From: an uncultured Ruminococcus sp.
GTDB lineage: Bacteria > Bacillota > Clostridia > Oscillospirales > Acutalibacteraceae
Assembly (NCBI GenBank): GCA_902785365.1
Contig: CACZYC010000002.1
Coordinates: 5,011 to 69,010 of the forward strand
Reading direction: 5' to 3'
DNA length: 64,000 nt
The number at the start of each line of letters is the position of its first letter. The stretch's first letter is position 1. The notes beneath the pieces were generated by a model. The model worked only from the letters and a program-made list of their open reading frames with translations, ran no database searches and had not been told where the DNA came from. Shown here piece after piece: positions 59,493-64,000 of the stretch. The position numbers were made by a program, and so were the translations under genes.

Positions 59493-60491
59493 ATGGCAAA
59501 AAAAGTCAAAATTAAGTTAGTAACAATTATACTTGCTGTTATTTTTTCCTTTAGTATATGTATAATACCAACGCAAGCTAAAACCGCTGAGGTAATTATT
59601 GGCGGCGAAACATTCGGGCTTAAACTATACTGCAAGGGTGTTATGGTGATAAGACTCGAAAAATTCAGAAGCGGCAAAGATACAGTATGTCCCGCAAAGG
59701 ACTCGGGTATACAAGTAAATGATATAATAACCGAGGCGAATAACAACAAAATCAAAAATAATGAACAGCTCAGCGAAATAATCAAAAGCTCAAAGGGAAA
59801 AACAGTAACTTTGACAGTTTTAAGAAATGATATAGAAATGCTCAAAAAAATCAATGCGGAAAAAAATGAAAACGGTGACTACTACTCAGGTATGTGGATA
59901 AGAGACAGCTGCGCGGGTTTGGGAACTATAAGCTACTACAACCCTAAAAATATGACCTACGGCGCGTTGGGACACGGTATTTGCGATATTGAAAGCGGCG
60001 GTCTTATGGAGAGCGACAGCGGTGAAATTCAAAAAGCAAAAATAACAAGCGTTACAAAATCAACAAACCACGGTATAGGAACACTAAACGGTTATTTCAC
60101 CGATGAAAAGATAGGAACAATAAACAAAAATTCTCCGTTAGGTATATACGGAAAACTGACGTCTATACCGAATAAATCAAAAATGCAGGTAGCCGCCGCG
60201 AATGAAATAAAAACAGGCAAGGCGTATATCTACTCTACAATCGAAGGACAAACGCCAAAGAAATACAGTGTAAAAATAGTTGAAATCTGTAATACAGACA
60301 CAAACTCAAACAGAAACCTTATTGTTAAAATAACAGATAAAAAACTTATAAAAAAGGTTAACGGTATAGTTCAAGGGATGAGCGGAAGTCCAATTGTACA
60401 AAAAAACAAGCTTGTCGGCGCTCTCACCCATGTTTTTCTGGATGACAGCACTATGGGCTACGCTGTACTTGGTGAGAATATGTTAGGATAA
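59493..60491 (+). CDS. spoIVB: SpoIVB peptidase (S55) with PDZ domain
   Basis: Signal peptide, PDZ (PAKDSGIQVNDII), WIRD..AG.GT, ALGHGI.D, QGMSGSPI, GALTHVF; upstream of spo0A. Confidence 0.93.
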   Translation: MAKKVKIKLVTIILAVIFSFSICIIPTQAKTAEVIIGGETFGLKLYCKGVMVIRLEKFRSGKDTVCPAKDSGIQVNDIITEANNNKIKNNEQLSEIIKSSKGKTVTLTVLRNDIEMLKKINAEKNENGDYYSGMWIRDSCAGLGTISYYNPKNMTYGALGHGICDIESGGLMESDSGEIQKAKITSVTKSTNHGIGTLNGYFTDEKIGTINKNSPLGIYGKLTSIPNKSKMQVAAANEIKTGKAYIYSTIEGQTPKKYSVKIVEICNTDTNSNRNLIVKITDKKLIKKVNGIVQGMSGSPIVQKNKLVGALTHVFLDDSTMGYAVLGENMLG

Positions 60492-60499
60492 AAAATCAG

Positions 60500-60521
60500 G
60501 GGCGGGTCTTTGTACCCGCCC
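60500..60521 (+). terminator. Hairpin after spoIVB
   Basis: gggcgggt / acccgccc perfect stem; weak T tail. Confidence 0.5.
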
Positions 60522-60588
60522 ATTATACTTATTTGACAACAAATTTGATAGTCACAAAGAACAATTCCTACATAACAGATGAAAACAA

Positions 60589-60608
60589 TGTCGATATATT
60601 GTGTCGAA
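60589..60608 (+). promoter_or_regulatory. Spo0A boxes upstream of spo0A
   Basis: TGTCGAA (60602-60608, consensus TGNCGAA) and near-match TGTCGAT (60589-60595). Confidence 0.65.
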
Positions 60609-60705
60609 TTTTTCAATATACTACAATATATTGTGTATTATTTTAGAAATAACAATGCTGTTATAAAAAAATTGCAATTTTTTAAAAAAAGTTAATTGGA
60701 AACTA

Positions 60706-60734
60706 TTGCCAATCTTTCCACTTTATGGTAGTAT
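60706..60734 (+). promoter_or_regulatory. SigA-type promoter of spo0A
   Basis: TTGCCA, 17-bp spacer, TAGTAT with extended -10 TG. Confidence 0.5.
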
Positions 60735-60770
60735 TATCTTGCAATAAAAAACAACTTGGAGGATATGAAT

Positions 60771-61535
60771 ATGAACAACCCTATCAAACTGCTGATTACC
60801 GAAGATATAAATAAGTTTTCGGACGACGATTTAAGCGTTATAAAAAAACATAACATAATTCCTGAGTTTTGTAAAAACGACGGTGAAGAGCTTTTGCTCA
60901 AAATAATGAACGAAAAACCCGATGTCGTTTTGATGGATCTGTTTATGACAAGGCTTGATTCTTTAGGAGTTATGCGCTCACTTAAACAAAAGGGGCTCAA
61001 CTCCCCTATCATTATTGTAACCGCTTCATTCAACAGCCCCGCTCTTGAAAAGGAAATAATGACAAACGGCGCGGACTATTACGCTTTAAAACCGTATAAT
61101 ATAAACGCTATATGTGAGGATATTAAAACACTACATAACAAAGGAAAAGTTAAAACTGTCAGATTCGGATACGATAATTACAGTATCGAGCTTAAAGTTA
61201 CCGAAATACTACACGATATTGGCGTTCCCGCTCATATAAAAGGTTACAACTATCTGAGAGATTCTATAATTATGTCCATAGATAATCCTGAAATAATAAA
61301 CGCAGTTACAAAACAACTCTACCCCGGAGTAGCAAAGAAGTACGAAACAACCTCATCAAGAGTTGAAAGAGCTATCCGCCACGCTATTGAAGTTGCCTGG
61401 GACAGAGGAGATGTTGATGTGCTGAACTCTTACTTCGGCTACACTATTCACAACAGCAGAGGCAAGCCCACGAACAGCGAGTTTATCGCTATGATTGCCG
61501 ATAAGCTCAGATTACAATTAAAAAACGCCAGTTAA
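60771..61535 (+). CDS. spo0A: Sporulation master regulator Spo0A
   Basis: Receiver domain plus GVPAHIKGY...[15 protein letters not shown]...[16 protein letters not shown]; ATG 60771 lies 7 nt after GGAGGA. Confidence 0.97.
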   Translation: MNNPIKLLITEDINKFSDDDLSVIKKHNIIPEFCKNDGEELLLKIMNEKPDVVLMDLFMTRLDSLGVMRSLKQKGLNSPIIIVTASFNSPALEKEIMTNGADYYALKPYNINAICEDIKTLHNKGKVKTVRFGYDNYSIELKVTEILHDIGVPAHIKGYNYLRDSIIMSIDNPEIINAVTKQLYPGVAKKYETTSSRVERAIRHAIEVAWDRGDVDVLNSYFGYTIHNSRGKPTNSEFIAMIADKLRLQLKNAS

Positions 61536-61540
61536 TTCCT

Positions 61541-61571
61541 TATACCGCTTGTAAATTACGCAAGCGGTATA
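61541..61571 (+). terminator. Terminator after spo0A
   Basis: tataccgcttg / caagcggtata stem followed by TTTTT. Confidence 0.75.
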
Positions 61572-61577
61572 TTTTTA

Positions 61578-61606
61578 TTGACGGAAAATTTTTGATATGT
61601 TAAAAT
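61578..61606 (+). promoter_or_regulatory. SigA-type promoter of the copper ATPase
   Basis: TTGACG, 17-bp spacer, TAAAAT with extended -10 TG. Confidence 0.6.
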
Positions 61607-61623
61607 TTAAACAAGGTGATTAG

Positions 61624-63831
61624 ATGAAAAATCAGAAATTTAATGTAACCGGAATGATGTGTTCAGCGTGTCAAGCTCACGTTGAAAAGGCGGTAAGAAG
61701 CCTTGAAGGGGTAGAATCTGTCAACGTAAATCTGCTTGCTAACACTATGGACACCTGTTATGACGAGAATATTCTGAACAATAAAACTATAATAAATGCC
61801 GTCAAAAAAGCCGGGTACGGCGCAAAAGAATATTCCGCGCAAAACGAGGAGTACAGCGAAAGCGCGGATAAAACGAAGAAACAACTTATATGGTCTATAG
61901 TTTTCCTTATTCCCCTGATGTTTGTCAGTATGAGCCATATGGTCGGAATACATATCCCTATACTCGAGAATATGACAGTCCTTGGTATAGCGGAAATGGT
62001 TTTCCTTTTACCGATTCTGATATTAAACAGAAAATATTTTGTAAGCGGGTTCAAGTCTCTTATAAAACTCAACCCGAATATGGACGCTCTCATAGCTCTG
62101 GGAGCCGGAATTTCGACTTTGTACAGTCTGTACGGCTTTATTATATCTACTGTTCATAATATGAATATACACACCGCTTCCGCTATGGGTATTCACTACT
62201 ATTTTGAATCGGCGGGAATGATACTGACTTTCATCACCATAGGTAAATTCCTTGAAAGTAAGAGCAAAAGCAAAACTTCATCCGCCATAAGCAAGCTTAT
62301 AAAGCTCACACCTAAAACCGCTATTGTTGAAAAAGACGGAGAGGAAATTGAAGTACCCACGACCTCGCTCAAAAAGGGCGATGTTGTTATCTGCAAAAAC
62401 GGTTTGAGCATACCTGTTGACGGAAGAATTATTGAAGGTGATTGCAGTGTTGATGAAAGCGCCGTTACAGGCGAGAGCATACCTGTTGATAAGAGTGTAG
62501 GCGACAATGTAACGGGCGGCACTTTATTGCAGTCGGGTTATGTTAAGGTTGAAGCCGTAAACACGGGCGAGGACACAACGCTTGCAAAAATTATAAAGCT
62601 CGTTGAGGACGCTACCACCTCAAAAGCGCCTATCGCCAGAATTGCCGACAAGATAGCGGCTGTGTTTGTACCCACTGTTATCGGTATTGCGTTAATTACT
62701 ACTGTTATATGGCTTTTAGTCGGTGCTGATTTTGGCAAGGCGATTTCGTTCGGAATAGCTGTGCTTGTTATTTCATGTCCGTGCGCTCTCGGACTTGCGA
62801 CCCCCACGGCAATTATGGTCGGAACAGGCAAAGCGGCGCAGTACGGCATACTAATAAAATCCGCTGAAGCAATTGAAATAGCGAACAAGGTAAAGACAGT
62901 TGTGCTAGACAAGACAGGTACAATTACAAAAGGAGAGCCCGCCGTAACAGACGTTCTCCCCTATATTGATAAGAACGAATTTTTGAAAATAGCCTACGCG
63001 CTTGAAAACGGGTCTGAGCACCCTCTGGGCGAAGCCGTTGTAAAATACGCTAAAGAAAACGGCGTGGAGCTCTTAAAGGCTAAAAACTTTAGGTCATATA
63101 CAGGCTCGGGTATTTCGGCTGAGATTGAAAATAAAAAGTATTATTCGGGCAACCTTGAGTTTATAAAGAAAAATGGTAATAAATTTGATAATAATTCTAT
63201 TAAGGAATTATATAATAACGGAAAAACTCCTCTGTTCTTCGCCGATGAGAAAATAGTTATCGGTGTTATCGCTGTTGCCGACATCATCAAGGAAACAAGC
63301 AAGGACGCTGTAAGTAAGATGAACTCTCTCGGAATTGAGACTGTTATGCTTACGGGCGACAACAAGCAAACTGCCGAATATATCAAAAAAGCCGCGGGCA
63401 TAAAGACCGCGTACTCTCAAGTTCTGCCGAATGAAAAAGAAGAAATCGTCAGAAAATATCAGGAAAACAGCGTTGCAGCTATGGTTGGCGACGGAATCAA
63501 CGACTCTCCCGCTCTGGTGCGCGCGGACGTGGGAATTGCAATCGGCGCGGGTACTGACATCGCGATTGACTCGGCGGATATAGTACTTATGAAAAACGAC
63601 CTCACGGACGTTGTCACCACAATCAAGTTGAGTAAGGCGGTGCTGAAAAATATCAAGGAAAACCTGTTCTGGGCTTTTATTTACAACATTATCTGTATAC
63701 CGCTTGCCGCCGGAGTTTTTTACTCTCTGCTTGGGTGGCAGCTGCAACCGATGTTTGGTACAATCGCGATGAGCCTGAGCTCAATTTGCGTAGTATGTAA
63801 TGCGTTGAGACTGAAAAGGTTTAAGAAATAA
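61624..63831 (+). CDS. copA: Heavy-metal P1B-type ATPase, Cu(I)-type
   Basis: HMA motif GMMCSAC, TGES, CPC, DKTGT, SEHP, GDGIND, YN and MxxSS (MSLSS) in the last TM helices. Confidence 0.88.
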   Translation: MKNQKFNVTGMMCSACQAHVEKAVRSLEGVESVNVNLLANTMDTCYDENILNNKTIINAVKKAGYGAKEYSAQNEEYSESADKTKKQLIWSIVFLIPLMFVSMSHMVGIHIPILENMTVLGIAEMVFLLPILILNRKYFVSGFKSLIKLNPNMDALIALGAGISTLYSLYGFIISTVHNMNIHTASAMGIHYYFESAGMILTFITIGKFLESKSKSKTSSAISKLIKLTPKTAIVEKDGEEIEVPTTSLKKGDVVICKNGLSIPVDGRIIEGDCSVDESAVTGESIPVDKSVGDNVTGGTLLQSGYVKVEAVNTGEDTTLAKIIKLVEDATTSKAPIARIADKIAAVFVPTVIGIALITTVIWLLVGADFGKAISFGIAVLVISCPCALGLATPTAIMVGTGKAAQYGILIKSAEAIEIANKVKTVVLDKTGTITKGEPAVTDVLPYIDKNEFLKIAYALENGSEHPLGEAVVKYAKENGVELLKAKNFRSYTGSGISAEIENKKYYSGNLEFIKKNGNKFDNNSIKELYNNGKTPLFFADEKIVIGVIAVADIIKETSKDAVSKMNSLGIETVMLTGDNKQTAEYIKKAAGIKTAYSQVLPNEKEEIVRKYQENSVAAMVGDGINDSPALVRADVGIAIGAGTDIAIDSADIVLMKNDLTDVVTTIKLSKAVLKNIKENLFWAFIYNIICIPLAAGVFYSLLGWQLQPMFGTIAMSLSSICVVCNALRLKRFKK

Positions 63832-63833
63832 TC

Positions 63834-63858
63834 AAAGGCTTCCGTGACGGAAGCCTTT
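63834..63858. terminator. Bidirectional terminator between copA and the XRE gene
   Basis: Perfect 11-bp stem aaaggcttccg-tga-cggaagccttt. Confidence 0.75.
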
Positions 63859-63861
63859 CTG

Positions 63862-64000
63862 TTAGAAATAAAACAGTTCCTCGAATTTTTTATCGAGGGC
63901 AATACAGAGTATCAGGGCAAGTTTGGCTGTCGGGTTGAACTGCCCTGTTTCTATTGAGCTTATTGTATTGCGCGAAACGCCAACCAACTTAGCTAAATCA
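63862..64000 (-). CDS. XRE-family helix-turn-helix regulator (5' end outside the window)
   Basis: Manual translation ...DLAKLVGVSRNTISSIETGQFNPTAKLALILCIALDKKFEELFYF*. Confidence 0.88.
   Translation of the reverse strand, partial: DLAKLVGVSRNTISSIETGQFNPTAKLALILCIALDKKFEELFYF

Noticed and set aside
63208-63747. 179-aa minus-strand ORF
   Set aside because: Antisense to the conserved copA P-domain
1-64000. tRNA, rRNA, IS elements, prophage, CRISPR arrays
   Set aside because: All intergenic gaps are under 300 nt and largely accounted for by promoters, leaders or terminators; no transposase, integrase or cas motifs seen (manual inspection only)

Overview
A housekeeping-gene stretch of a spore-forming Firmicutes chromosome; gene order and protein style suggest Clostridia, probably Oscillospirales (inference). 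Almost every gene is on the minus strand, which fits leading-strand bias. In coordinate order it holds lon (runs off the left edge), clpX, clpP, tig, thrC, yraN-rnhB-rbgA-lepB-rplS, rluD-lspA-ileS, a divIVA/ylmH/sepF/yggS block, miaA-mutL-mutS-ymcA-like-miaB, yunB, efp-pepP-aroQ, rpsU, leuS-rsfS-yqeK-yhbY-rdgB, ftsY-smc-radical SAM-rnc-plsX-trmFO-topA-dprA, rplT-rpmI-infC, a four-gene CDP-polyol/teichoic-acid-like operon, a CPBP protease, tadA, cca, two P-type ATPases, spoIVB-spo0A and a partial XRE regulator at the right edge. I found no tRNA, rRNA, CRISPR array or mobile element by eye. The best candidate for a new system is the operon at 49306-53540: an IspD/TarI-fold cytidylyltransferase, a GatD-like Zn dehydrogenase, an AlsE-like 3-epimerase and a membrane-anchored TagF-like transferase, which may make a non-ribitol (hexitol or arabitol) wall polymer. 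Also notable: a radical SAM gene that can only be full length from a non-canonical (probably ATT) start, an acidic zinc-ribbon protein beside efp ending in an SSB-tail-like LPF, and a perfect hairpin written into the overlapping 3' ends of tadA and cca. All annotation is from motif recognition; no database searches were run.
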